Below, one piece after another: positions 38,581-51,600 of a stretch of 64,000 bases of DNA. The translations under genes and the position numbers were made by a program. The notes below the pieces were generated by a model that saw nothing but the letters and a program-made list of their open reading frames with translations, had not been told where the DNA came from and did no database searches. The DNA is from Selaginella moellendorffii. Lineage: Eukaryota > Plantae > Lycopodiophyta. Where the stretch lies: positions 2,716,603 through 2,780,602 of the forward strand of contig NW_003314262.1 of NCBI RefSeq assembly GCF_000143415.4. The letters are read 5' to 3'. Numbering within the stretch: position 1 is the first letter of the stretch; each line of letters starts with the position of its first letter.

Positions 38581-39791
38581 TTAAGTAGGAAGCAAAGGTT
38601 GTCTGTCATCCAGTATACCGACTTTAAGAGCACCGGATGTAAGTATACATAGCAAATAATATTGAAGTCCATACCTGTTCACTAGCACCAGCAGTCATAT
38701 TGATAAACGCGTCATCCTTGGGCCTAAAGGAAAAAAGTTAGAATGCACAAATGGAGGTCAAATATAAAGGTTACCTCGTGTAAGTGTTATGCTTGTCAAC
38801 GAACGTGTCCATTTGATTGTCAAGCTTTTCGTCCGTTTTTCTTAGTGCCGAGAAGAACCGTTACATTATTATGTTAGCAGAGTATTTGCAATAGAGCTCG
38901 AGAATACCTGGTGCATAGAAATTACAACAATTGATACTCCTAAGACAAAGTTGATTGTCAGTTGGCAGAAGCCAAAGCCGTAAAGATTGTTGCAACAGTA
39001 GACGAGTACTTTTTCAAGATTGCATCTGGAAAAACGCACCTATAGAAGCGCCACATCAAAAGTTCAAGACTTACCAGCATATTAGCAAGAGAGTATTCCT
39101 TGCGCTGCGTTGTTGAAGATTAGAAACATTGTTGCCTGAGAGTGGCTCTTGGAAAGATTAAGCCCCTTCCCAGCTGACAAACCACATATGGATTAAGAAA
39201 AAGGACAAAAAGAGAGAGAGAGTAAAGGCCAAACCAGAATTGTTAGAAAGTTGAACATCGTTCCATAACTGTAAAGAAACAGAGAGAAAAACATTTACAA
39301 AAACTACGTGTAGCACACGCAGCTGAAGATGAACACTTGTCTCGAACTGACTCTTAAGGGCGCGGTTCATCGAACACGGACGCCATAAATGGCACAGTGA
39401 CCTGTAACGGAGATCGTAGATTGAGCAAACATCACAGCATGCAAAGAAAATCTGACTTACAAAAGTCAAGGTGTATACATATGCAATGGATTGAAGCGGA
39501 ACGACCACCGTTGTCCCAGTCGGCGTCATACAGCTGATTCACACTGATTCCAATCAGTAGCAAAGCAAGTGCCTTCCACTGCTTCCACAAGTTAGAACAC
39601 ATGAAGAGCAAAATGCACGAAGTTTCACCTGTAAAACTGAAAACCGGCGTCTCATGATCACTTTGAGAAGCAAGGCAATCGTCAGCACCTACAATAAAAT
39701 ACTCATGACAAGAACAATAAGAAGAAAGAAACAGCATGTCTCTAACCTTACGGTTACTCAGCATCTTCACAGTCGCTGGATTAAAATACAG
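38581..39791 (-). pseudogene. 5'-truncated nucleotide-sugar transporter pseudogene (duplicate)
   Basis: Begins at the exon [10 protein letters not shown]; multiple small deletions and frameshifts relative to 22951-24238. Confidence 0.85.
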
Positions 39792-39818
39792 CTAAGAAAC
39801 TTCGCAGAGAAAACCTAC

Positions 39819-40010
39819 TGGTGCTCGCTGGAACAACGGATGCCGCATCCTGGCCGCTCACAACGGGATCCGGCAGGACCTCCACGTCCTTGATGTTGAC
39901 GGGATAGCTCTTGTACTTGTCTGGATGAAGAGAGCAAGGATTGTTATGCAGAAAGGACGAGGGAATGCAACCCAGGAGCTCGCCACAGACAGAACCGCAG
40001 TGGCCGCCAT
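39819..40010 (-). pseudogene. 5' fragment (exons 1-2) of an ML-domain (MD-2-related lipid-recognition) gene
   Basis: Exon 39819-39920 reads DKYKSYPVNIKDVEVLPDPVVSGQDAASVVPAST, resembling the ML N-terminus (Y.V.V..V.I.P.PV..G..A....AST). Short hydrophobic exon 1 MAATAVLSVASSW; exon phases do not match. Confidence 0.6.
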
Positions 40011-40429
40011 GGATTTCCCGCCGAAGCCATAAAAATGCCCCAATTCAGAAACCATGCATACCAATGTAAATATTACAACAGTGATCAAGGAATCTGTATC
40101 TCTCACTTATAAATGTAGTGGTTAAAGTCACTCGTGCTTCTTGAGCACCGCAGAAGCATATGAATGAATGGATGATTACTTACGTAATGAACACTAAAGT
40201 TCGCTTCGTATTACATTGTGCAACAGGCAAGGCTTGTATGAGCCACGCTCCACAACAATCAAACTCTGTTATCGATCTTCAGAAAATTAGATCCTAAAGT
40301 GCCTTATTGCTGAGCATTCACAAACGCATTTCAAAAGTTCGTCAATGCATTGGTCAAGGTGTATCTAGCATGCAAATAACCCTCACATGTTATTATGTTC
40401 GTTTATGTAAAGACCAGCTTACCAGGTTG

Positions 40430-41440
40430 TAACCACGCACGAAAGGATGATGACGCAGTTGCACTGCTGTGGGTCTGTTTGTTCCTCCTTCAAACCACTG
40501 ATGCAAAAAGTGATTGCATTCAACTAGGAACCTGTTCCCAGGCATTTCAGGGGTCTCCTCCTTACCAGATTGGACGTTGACTACTTCCCGTCAAAAGAAG
40601 TGTGAGAGCTACCACTTAAAACGTTTTTAAAAAAATTTAAAAAAATGCAAAGGGAGCATACAAACCGTGCTTGAGTATTTACTCTGTGGCTCCAAATTCT
40701 TGATCATTTGAAGTACAACACAGCCCAGGCTCCAAACATCCGCTGAAAGACTATCATAATACTGGAGATACAAGTTTCAGCAATGTGGCCACGATTATCA
40801 ATCCACAAACCTCAGCCAGCATCTCAGGAACGACCTCAATCTGGTAAGGAAAATTGCAATAGTTTCAGATGTTACAGACTAGACATGTACCGATTACAAA
40901 ATGATGCCATAATGAGATAGCTTACCAACTTTATTGGAAGTATCCACGAGTATGTTTGCAGCTGTGAGCGCCCTGACAAAGAATCTACAGATCAGTATGA
41001 AGTTTTCATGATCAATCTTAAAGCATGAACCCGTGTCTTGTGCCTCTGCTATGAAGATACTCCAAGCCAGATAAAATCTGATAAGTGTATTTTTCGAACT
41101 TCATCTTCGTTGAAGGACAGACTTGCAAGTGTTATTCCAGGTACGTCCTCCTCATAAATGAACAGCATGCAATTCACAATCCATGGATAGTTTATTGCTT
41201 CAACGCCTGCCTCATATGCATACCCTCATACTGCACGATATGGGGGTGCCACAGAGTACTGAGTTCTGCAACAACCTGAAAGCCAAAAGTCAGATGTGTA
41301 TGAACTACTAAGCTAGAGAGTGGACTTCTTTACCACCTTAGGTAGGTTCTCAAACTGTGCAGAGAGCATATTGAAACTGTAAAGCTCAATTCTGCAGCAT
41401 GGTCTACCTCCATAAAGGCTTCTAGCATATACATTTGGAG
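40430..41440 (-). pseudogene. MAP3K (MEKK-like) kinase pseudogene fragment with introns
   Basis: Hand translation: LSTLWHPHIVQYEG, YTYQILSGLEYLHSRG.RHG|ALTAANILVD, ADVWSLGCVVLQM, RPTAVQLRHHPFV; a frameshift and loss of HRD. Confidence 0.75.
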
Positions 41441-41444
41441 TGGA

Positions 41445-41857
41445 GCTCAAAAACTAACTCCTAGCACTAAAGGAAGCTTGGGGTGAAAGCACAAAGTGTG
41501 TGTTCCTCAATGGGGGGTGGGGGGGTTGTTCTGGAAAGTTTCAAAATGTATACTAGAGATAATGATTGGAATGTATGTCTGACCACTTGAAACATTAGTT
41601 TGGCTTCTATTAGGTTATGTTATTCCTTGTTCTGTGTCTGGCTTGGGTTTAAACCCAAGCTCTACGCTGCTCTAGTTAGTGGGGTACCCTCTTCATTACG
41701 TTAGGCCACTAATATGCCAAAATCATATCAAACACCGTTTGACACTATTTTGTGTGTAAGTGTTGGATATAGGGAGCTGGTGCTCGTAAGATTGTACCAG
41801 ACCTTCGTTTGTAATGCAACAGACTTTGAGTTTGGCTCCAAATTCAAGTGCCCTACA
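41445..41857 (+). mobile_element. 3' remnant of a family A LTR
   Basis: CTAACTCC...TTGGGGTGAAAGC...GTGTTCCTCAA poly-G matches the other A LTRs; ends GTGCCCTACA followed by AGAAC. Confidence 0.78.
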
Positions 41858-43870
41858 AGAACATTTTCTTCAGCTATTGGTACTTACTAGCACTCAGAAG
41901 TAAAATTTAACTTGGTGAACTAACAACTTCTCCCCAGATGATCCAAGAGACTAAGAGTGTGAGGAAGAGAGTATCACTTCATTTAACTGATGATATTTAA
42001 TGCAGAAATAAATACTCTCATCATGCTTCGTCACAATATGAAGTTCACATGCCCAAGGACTCCACAACTTTTGAATAACACTCTTTTCCAACAACTCTTT
42101 GACATTTGCACGTAAACTCTTGATCTCTTTAGGTGACTGACGATGAACAAAAATCTTGATTGAACAAGCATCCCCGGTTGAAATCAAATGATGTGTGGCA
42201 ATCTTAGCCCCAAAAGATAGGTCAAATTCAAAGAGATCGGCATACTCCTTCATGAGCTGATCAATCGCTACAACACAAAGACCATCAGAAGATTGGAAAA
42301 GGGATTAGTGGAACAAGATAGAAACATAGAAAGAAGTAATGAAGAGATAAAAGATAAGGGGGAGAAGCCCCAAAGTCACACTTAGCATGATTGCATTGCA
42401 ACCAATCCATACCAAGGACGAGGTCGAAAGCTTGACTCGGCACCACCCGCACTAACTGCAACCCAAGTTCAAGATTGCCCACACATACAATTAAGTCTGT
42501 CTCATCTCGTGCATATGCATGTGTATGGCCATTGCTATAAAAAAATGAAAACTGGCTCTACTGCATGATGCAAATGTAAATGACAACGTATGGTAACAAG
42601 TTGAGCAATAGAAGCTAAACTTAAACCTATATCAACCAACACAAAGAGAATAATAAGAGGCTTCTTATTATAAAAACGAGCTTGGAAAGTAAACACTAGA
42701 TGAATCAATACCGATGATACTCCCAAAAGATAGATGGAGGGGTTACTAACTTATTCGCACAAGGTCCCTCCATTACTCATGCGACTCCTCATTTCCCAAA
42801 TGCATCTCGGTGTCTAAACCTTCCATTGCAACAACACCAACAAAACATTGTTAATGCGAAAGTTTCCACCCAAAAAATAGAGGCTAGCAATTTGGAAAAT
42901 GTCAACAACACTGATAAGTATGACCAACTTCATCATATGCCCAACAGTGAATATTATGGCCAAGACCACATCCTTGCCCTTATTCTTGAACTCGAGTAGT
43001 AACAGCATCAACCTCCATTAGAACAAAACCATCTCTCACAGGAAGTGGAGCTGAAGGATGTATAGTGAAAAGTGGAAGAGGCAATATCTTACAACATTAT
43101 GCCAAGTGAAGGGCATTATCAAGGGTGGTTGGAATAAGTGCATGCACAATTCTTACAAGATCTTGACGAAGTGCTTGCCACAACATTCTTAGCTTGATCC
43201 GCTCTGATATATTTAGCTCCACATGAAGCAAAAGGCTTCAAAAATAAACACCAAATTGCATCACTAACTTATATGGCCTTTAACAAAGACAATGCAATTA
43301 TTAGAAGGCATCATCACAATTATTGGTATGTCTGAATGCGCATTTCAAGATGTCTGGGAGAATATTCCAATCCTTATGAATAGCCGCACTTAAACCATTG
43401 TACCACTACAGTGTCGTCCTTTGGAGATATATGGGAAACTCATGCAAACGTCAAACATCATCCCAAGAATGATATGTGGCAATCACTATGAAGTGATCAA
43501 ATTAATGGTACACATCATCCCTAGGATTCCCATGAAAGAACTTTAGTAGAACACAAGGATTGGCACCAAGAGTAGGAGGTGCTATACCATATGTTATGAA
43601 TGCCACCATCAACTAAGTTTGGTTGTTCAACTGCAATCACATATCATCAAACAATTGCACCAACTACTACTCTAGAGTCAAGGGAGGAGGAGATTGTTGC
43701 TCTACCATGAAGATGAATGAAAAAAGCTAGAAGGAAAGGGAGATCTAGACAATGTAAAAGTTAGATCTAAATCAAAATTCCGAAAGGAAAGAACAAAAGA
43801 AAGGAAATGGAAAAAGTTAAATCTAAACAATGCAAAAATTAGATTTAAACTAAAATCCCAAATCCAAGTT
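41858..43870 (-). mobile_element. Ty3/Gypsy element C, 5' half (gag, protease, RT N-terminus), degenerate
   Basis: Protease region VLVDIG...FDLVLGMDWL; RT VKELLEKSVIQK.WSPWA...FCIKYHQLNEV...LLDHLG...FTKLN...VPIAEENV. Confidence 0.78.
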
Positions 43871-43871
43871 G

Positions 43872-46800
43872 GCTTTCACCTTTATGGTGATTTACCATAG
43901 GATAACTACAAAGTAGAACCTAAACCCTCCATATGCCACGTGCCATATGCCATGTGTCCAAAGGATAGTGGAGTGGAACCCGAGTTTTAGAGCCTTGGGC
44001 CACTGAACAAAGGAATGGAGCTAAACTCCTATGCATGGAGCCAAGGAGTGACATAACCGAACCATAGAGTGACTTTCGAGCGTTTAGCTCAAGGAGTGAA
44101 GGGACAAGAGCACGGAGCAACTTGGAATAGTTCTAGAGTATCTAGCATCCTAATACCAAGACCAGCATGCAAAATGGAGCCAAATGGAGTTTGGCACTAT
44201 TTCAGCATACCAGTGGCCTAATGCAAGGATATGGATACTCCACCAGCTAGCATGGAATGGAACTTGGGCTTAGACCCAAGTCAGATGCAAAACAAGGATA
44301 AACACGCAAGTGGGAGTTAAATTATGCTTTAGGTTGGTTAGCCATGCCCGACCTACCCAGTATCCCTACTATACATTTTGGAACCCCCCCCCCCCCCCCC
44401 CCCCCCACCCCCCACACGTTTTGGGCTTTCACCCTAAGCCTCTCTTAGTATTAGAAGTTAGTCTCTGAGACAAGCTCAAGACTTATTAAATATGGAATGT
44501 CCTTAAATTGTGAATTTGGATACGAGACAAACACTATTGTGTTTAGGACAATCTCTACATCCGTAGATATGCCAAATGAACAGATCTAAACACTTTCCAT
44601 AAATAGCATTTGGGACCAAAATGAGACTAACATAAAGAGTGTGATAGCAAAGGTGTTTGGCAAACACAGTAAACTATCATTTAGCGAATATTGAGGGACC
44701 AAGTTCAATATCGCGGGGGTTCCCAACACTAACAAGTGCAAGTCAACATCATGAGTTTCTCATTACCATGTGAAGTTTGTTTGACTAAATGACAATTTAG
44801 GATTTCCTTCCTTAGTGCCCTTCCGGTCTAAGTGCATATGTGATGACTAGTTTCTCAACTAGCTTAGGTGGAAACTAATAAAGGGTTTAGCAATACCGAC
44901 CTTTTGCCGTCATGGTAGTAAGGAAAGAATATCCAAAAAGACAATTGATATATAACTTTCGATACTCAAAGTCACAATTGCGACACTCTCTCCCCTTAGG
45001 GAAGATTGATGTCCTCGTCGATGCATACTCGAGTCTAGACCACCGGTAAGGAAACAACTCTAGAAAAAGTTCATGGTGATTATATTATGTGAGAAATGCA
45101 CCAGCTTAAATGAGTTAAGGTAACCTCTTTGTCTAATACGGATGCACTACCAACTTAGACACCTCCTGGCCGTCACTGACAAGGAAATAACCAACGGAGT
45201 CAGCCACCCTTGCTACTCTAGGTGTCACCCAGCTGACAAAAGTGTGATATGCCCCTGCCCACAAGGACATAAAGAGAGGAGCTAAAAGCCCCAACCCTCA
45301 TGAGCAAAGAAACCAAACCTGTCAGTAAAGTTTAGATAGACTACTATAAATAGACAGCTAGAGTTATTTACACAGTCACATCCTTTGAACAGAATAAAGA
45401 ACATTGATAGAGAGGCAGTTGATATGACCAATTGTCAGTAGCTACCCCATGACTATAGATTTCACCATGCACACAAAGTGCCGAAGCTAGTCTGCCTATA
45501 TTAGCCCAAACTCAAAGATTAATAAATGGACAATATCAAAGTCATAGACAAGGATATCTTAGAGACTTAATTATCAGTGAATAAAGCTTAGTTTAGAATA
45601 CGAAAGTATTCCAAGTAAGTTATCATCTGATAAACTAGTATTAGGGTATAAGAACCACCAAGATCATTATAGTTGGAAAACATAGGATTCACTATTCAAC
45701 AAAATTTAATAACCAGTGTATTATTAAGGAAATTCAATGATAATGCTTAACTACCAAAGATTGTAGACAGTATGCCAAACAATTTACCAAAGAACATAAA
45801 GTATCATTGATTGGCAAGCAAAATGTTCGCGAATGTATTACCCGAAGGAAATAACATCCAATCTATCAAAAGCAACTATAACGATAATCAATAAAATAGA
45901 AAGAATGTTGCAAGGCAAACAAACATACATTTATGCCAACTATTGCATTGGCCAATTTAATTAGATTCTAGTCAATAATACGAAGGAACCAAAGTTGCTT
46001 AAGCAAGTGTCAACAACATTCTACTAATGTCTCAATCCAGAGCAAACCATAAAAAACATGTGGTATTGCGAAAAGTCATAACCCATTAAAGAGAACAATT
46101 AACCATCATGAAATATCATCAATCATCCCATCAATAGAGAGATGCATAATCATCATCAAAGAAAAAATCCACCATTCCAAAGAATGGCAAATCATTCATT
46201 ATCAACAACAATCAAGCAAAACCTTTGATAAGAATAATCAACTATTCTAGATGATAGTCAATTATCACCAATGATTGTTAGATGCAAGATCTAGCTTTAA
46301 CATCGAAGTTAATGAGCCAAAAATGCCTTCCCCTAACAACTCTAAACAAATTGAATAATAAATATAAAAAACTCAAGGAACCAAAATTTGAAGAAGCCTA
46401 TAATTAAGTTTTGCCTAACAATGATCATAAGTTTTACATGAACTAACTTCAATGTTAAAGAAGAAATTATGGTACAACCCACACTATCCTCTTCAACACA
46501 TGCATAAGCTAAACTTTATAGTGCAAAGTTAATGAAGAGCATGTATGTATCAATCCAAAAGCCAAGCAAAAAAACGATCCTCCATGAATCCATTTATAGC
46601 AAAACGTAACTCACTTTATAACAAGCATAAGAAGAATCATCAATGATCAATATATTCCAACTTAAATCCAATAAGGATTTAAACATTCTAATATCGATCA
46701 CTAACTCTTCCTCTTGTAAAGTTAACATAGTCCATGACTAAATCACTTTTCAAAGAAAAGTCAAAGCTCAACCCCTACTAAATAATCTCATCTAGAACAT

Positions 46801-47910
46801 AACTAACTCAAACTTGCCACTCAGTTCATTTTGAATGCCAACATAGTTGCTAATTAGCAAATGCACAAATGCCAATAACATAAAGTTACAACCAAATCAT
46901 TAACACTATCTTCATCGAGACTAATGAAACTCAATATCAATCATACGAAGAGACATTTTATTTCACTTGCATCTTAACATCAACAATATCAATAATAGGG
47001 CATCGCTTCAATGCCATCAACACCATAACAAAACTAAAAAAAAGCAAGAGTGGATCACCACCCAAAACTCTTTAGCAACTAAACTAACCAAAGTCAAAGA
47101 TACTTTATTTAGTATCTAAAATTAATCTTTCAGCAACACTTAGGTACAGATAACACTTCATCAAGGAGTGAATCACCACATCCAAGACTCAATGACATCC
47201 AACACTACGAACTAAATGCAACCAAATGATATTGATAGAAGTAGAGGTGATATACCAACATGAAAAACCCATATAGGTTTAGCGACATGATCCTCCGCAA
47301 CACCATCCGGTAAAGCAAACCCATCACTGATAAATCTTCATCGAGTGAAGCAAGTGTCAACAATCCTTAACAAAGTTTACAAGCAATCACTAGTCGCAAA
47401 GCAACTAACAATCACTTTTCAACTTGCCTTCACAAGACCTAAACACTAAACTCATATCATCATGAACATAATACCCTAGGTACGAGATAAAGGTTCATAA
47501 ACAAGCACAAACTAAATGACCACTTGAATCTAACTCAACTACAATAAACTCACTAATGCATTTAGCCAACAGCTCTGAGGATGCCTTGAAGAGGTTGGCT
47601 ATGTATGATCAATACTCAGTCGAAACTAAAGTGAAGATTATGAGATGGACTTATATCGGTACAGCTAACATCTTCATAGACTATAGTATGGGTACCAACA
47701 TCTCAATCTCAAACAACTAAGTTGGACATCACCATCCTCAATTAAGGCACAGGCCACCAAGATTAAATCAAGATCAATTAGAGCTCATTACTCTTATAGA
47801 GTTTAACAAAATGCAAAGTGCAATCTATCACCCAACAAAATGCTACAAAAGAAGGGCACCTTTTCACCTTTCTAGAAAAGCACAATAGATACCTTTTTAC
47901 ACCAACCCCA
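43872..47910 (-). mobile_element. Family A element: truncated 3' LTR (43872-44985), PPT and degenerate non-coding internal region
   Basis: The LTR starts TGTCGCAATTGTGAC on the minus strand at 44985, preceded by PPT AGGGGAGAGAG; C-run at 44384-44406; no long ORFs. Confidence 0.7.
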
Positions 47911-48142
47911 TGTGAGACACAAATCCCTAAACCCCAAAATGGAGCCGAAAGGGTGCCACGTGGTAGTGGCTGAAGCGAAAGCTAAATGAGCGTAACACGT
48001 TTGGACTAAAAGCTCTGACTTAAAAGGTTGAGAGCGGGAGTGGAACTCCCAATGAAATGCTCGAGGAACAAGCACAAAGTGAGCAATAAGTGAGTCTTTA
48101 GAAAAGGGACACAAGAGGACTAACACATGACATGTGGAAGTG

Positions 48143-48526
48143 TCTGAGATGGACCCGAGATGGAGTCTAAGATGGACCGAGATGGAGTCCGAGATGGACC
48201 CGAGATGGAGTCCGAGATGGACCGAGATGGAGTCCGAGATGGACCAAGATGGAGTCCGAGATGGACCCCAGATGGAGTCCGAGATGGACCCGAGATGGAG
48301 TCTGAGAAGGACCCGAGATGGAGTTTGAGATGGACTGAAATGGAGTCCGAGATGGACCCGAGATGGAGTCTGAAATGGATCCGAGATGGAGTCTGAGATG
48401 AACCGAGATAGAGTCCGAGGTAGACCGGAGATGGAATCCAAGATGGAGTCCGAGATGGAGTCCGAGATGGACCTGAGATGGAATCCAAGATGGAGTCCGA
48501 AAAGGACCCGAGATGGAGTCCGAGGT

Positions 48527-48562
<36 letters not shown>

Positions 48563-48640
48563 TAGGACCAAGACCGAGGCCGAGACTGAGGCCAAGACTG
48601 AGGCCAAGACCGAGTCCAAGTTCGAGTTCGAGTTCGAGTC
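48143..48640 (+). repeat. LTR-B internal minisatellite (GAGATGGAGTCC / GAGATGGACCC units) plus hexamer arrays (GAGACC, GAGTCC)
   Basis: Directly visible; related arrays at 53925-54030, 54930-55050 and 55850-56275. Confidence 0.9.
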
Positions 48641-51600
48641 CAAGGGTGAAAGCCCAAAGTGTTCATCTCCTAGACCCTAGGGGGCTTGGTGAGCTCCAAA
48701 AGTATAGTAGGGGGAGGACTCCAGTGGAGCCAGTTTGGCTAGGAAAGGCCAGTTTGGCCTAGGAAGGCTGTACCCAGGTGTTGGGTGATGGGATAACCAT
48801 TGGGAAGTCCAAAGCTAGAGTGAATATGGACTGACAAGTAGGGTAGCTTGGTGAAGTGTTCAAGAGCCAGCTCTAGTTCCCTTAGGAGATCGAATGGTCG
48901 ATACTCCCAGTCCAAGTGTGGGCGGCACTACCTACTTGGATACTTGGCGTGGCTCAATAGAACCTCGCTCTAAGCCCATGGCTAGAGCACCAAAATGCAG
49001 AAGGTGGGGAGAGTACCCATGAAGCTTGCGTAAAACCATGGTATTCCGAAATGTTACCCCAAAGTCCTAGACTGTGAAAAGGAAGAGGAGCAATCCTCTA
49101 GTGTAGTGATTAAGGATACGGTCACATGGTGAGGAAGTCCCAAAGGATAGTGGGACTTAGAGGTCGGGTCTGCGGGCCTTATTCCAGTGGCAGTGGTGGC
49201 AAATACGGCCATGGATAAAAAGGGACTTGGTGAGGACTGAAAAAGGGATATTGGGGAAGGTTATTCCCCACGTCTGCGGACATTCTAAGGATGCTAAGGA
49301 GTGGATCTGGGATGACCACTCATGGATGGATGGCCCAGTTTTGGAGAGACAGGACTGTGATCCAGGTGGTATTGGACCACCAGTGCGGCAAAAGTGATTG
49401 GGCATGGCCTTAGCATAATGGGGTGATATGTTGGTGGTACCTTTGAGTGTCGGTCGCAAAGTCAGACATGTGGAGCATTTAAACCAAGTGCAAAGGTTGA
49501 GTGGCAGGGATGCCATTCTCAGGGCTAGCAAGCCCCAAGTCCGGAATAGGACCTATGGAGGTTGTGAGTGAGACTCCTCTAAGTGGTTGGAGGTGTGGTT
49601 AAGTGACTAAAGTAAAATGGAAAATTTAGTCACTTACAATTTGGTATTAGAACTATTTTTTAGTTCGATTTATATTGGTGCTTAAGTATATCACCACTGG
49701 TGTTAGTATTGGAAGGTTCTAGGAGTGGGCCTATCCATGGGGAGTAGCAAGTCGAGAAGATATGGCTCTCCACTACAGTTCATGTGTGAACTTGTAGATG
49801 AGGTGATGGATAGAAAAGGGCCAATAATGGAACGACATTTGGATCTTGGGAACAGTATAAAGTTTTCCTCAAAAAGTTGAGGATGTGATCCAAATGAGCA
49901 TTTGACTTAACAAACTGCCTAATGTAGTTGTGGTAAACAACTATAGTTGGGATCATGGGAAAGATAGAGATTCCAAAACAATAAAAGAGTCACAAGATTA
50001 ACCCCATATAGTTGAGGCTACTGCTTATGAATTAAAGACTGGGATTAATGACCGTGAGAGGTTAAATATGGATGAGGACATGAGTCCTTCAAATGGTAGC
50101 CGAGGCTACCTTTTATAAATGTTGGAACAAACCTAAGGAGTTGGGGGTGTGCTTAGAGGATGAGACGGTATTCTCATCATATGGATGGATAGTTCTAAGG
50201 AGCGAGAGTAGCCCATAGAAAATGAGGAATAATCAAGTGTTAGAGCAACATTTGCAACTTGGACAAGAGCATATACTAAAATAGGTGGATTTTCTTTGAC
50301 TAAGTTTTGTATTTCTGAAAGTATGTGGGGTCCTTGTGAGTAGGACATGAATACACAAAGTTGTATTCGAGCGAGCGGGCATATAAAAAATAGGACCTTA
50401 CGAGTCATTGAATTAGCAAAATCCAAAAATGCTGGATGACTCAAGTAGAGTCAAGGAATAGTCCTAAGGGATTAGTAAAAGCATTTGGATTGAGGTGTAT
50501 GGTGCCCCACGAAAGATGGGGAGGATCATAAAATCCAAGTATAAAAATAATGGGTATCTCATTGATGTCAGAATGTGTCATACTAAAGTCATGGGAAAAG
50601 TGTTTCCAAAAGAAAGCAACTTTGACACAAAGTTGAGTGTAAACTCTATAATGCAGTGCTAATGGATAGTTGGCATGAGAAAGAACTGTATTGGTTTTGG
50701 CAAGGACCGAGACATAAGTACGAAGTGTCATAAAGGTAGGCTCGTGGAGTCGATGGTGTAGAGACACCGAATGCACTAAGGCGTGATGCTTTGAGGTCAA
50801 GTTGGCAGGTTCATGAGAACCCCTTCCCAAAGGAATTCTAATGGAAATGGGAATGGTATAACTTAAGCTGGAAGGTATGCAGTTGGAGTGTGGTGACCCA
50901 AATAATGATAGAGGTGTGGAAACACTAGCAATGAGTTGTAGGACTTGACCACTATGAGGCAACTAAGCAAAAGGTGCAAAATAATTAGTTAAACTGGTGG
51001 AAAGTAACTACTTAAGACAATGTCATAAAGAGAATATTCATTGAAATAGACTATCATTGGGACACCCAAACACTCTAAAACACCAAAAAGTGGTATTTGG
51101 TGTCATGAGGGTATTAGATAAGGCCTAAGGGAGTAAATCCTTAACGAATGATGGGTAGTAAGTGCTATCTAATGTCCAAAGTTGTGGAGATGGGAGTAAT
51201 TCGTCTATCCGAATTGGACAAAGCCAAAAAGGGATTTTGGCAAGGCTAATGATGGGCATAGAAAGGCCCATAAGTAACAACAATAATCTTAGTGTGTGGG
51301 ATTACAAGGTGAGCATACCTGGGTTGAAGAACCACTCCCTAGGCTATCGAGTAGGTTCATCCCTAAGAATACTTGCTAAGGCATAGTAGAAAGTGCAAAG
51401 CTATCCTCCTAATCTAAAGGAGAATAACCGAAGGAAATATGTGATGCCAAAAAGCAAGTAATAAAGGGATAGAACCGAACCATAAGAATCAATGGGCATA
51501 ACCAAGGATGGTTATGCGAGTTGGGAGTGAAGAATCAAGTGGGTGTTTGCATGTGTTGTTGTTAATTACCATGATGCCATGGAGAGTCTAAAATATAAAA

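Larger units (their letters stand above)
36079..39793 (-). repeat. Segmental duplication, copy 2 (inverted relative to 22949-26855)
   Basis: Ends AATATTTTAAAAGGCATTAT (36079) and CGCTGGATTAAAATACAGCT (39793) mirror copy 1; each copy has private deletions. Confidence 0.93.

Noticed and set aside
36079-39793. Duplicate as a pure assembly or haplotype artefact
   Set aside because: Reciprocal private deletions, pseudogenising lesions and a distinct chimeric junction argue for a real paralogous copy, although read data would be decisive.
48143-48640. Short repeated units that might suggest a CRISPR array
   Set aside because: No unique spacers, eukaryotic LTR context and no cas genes.
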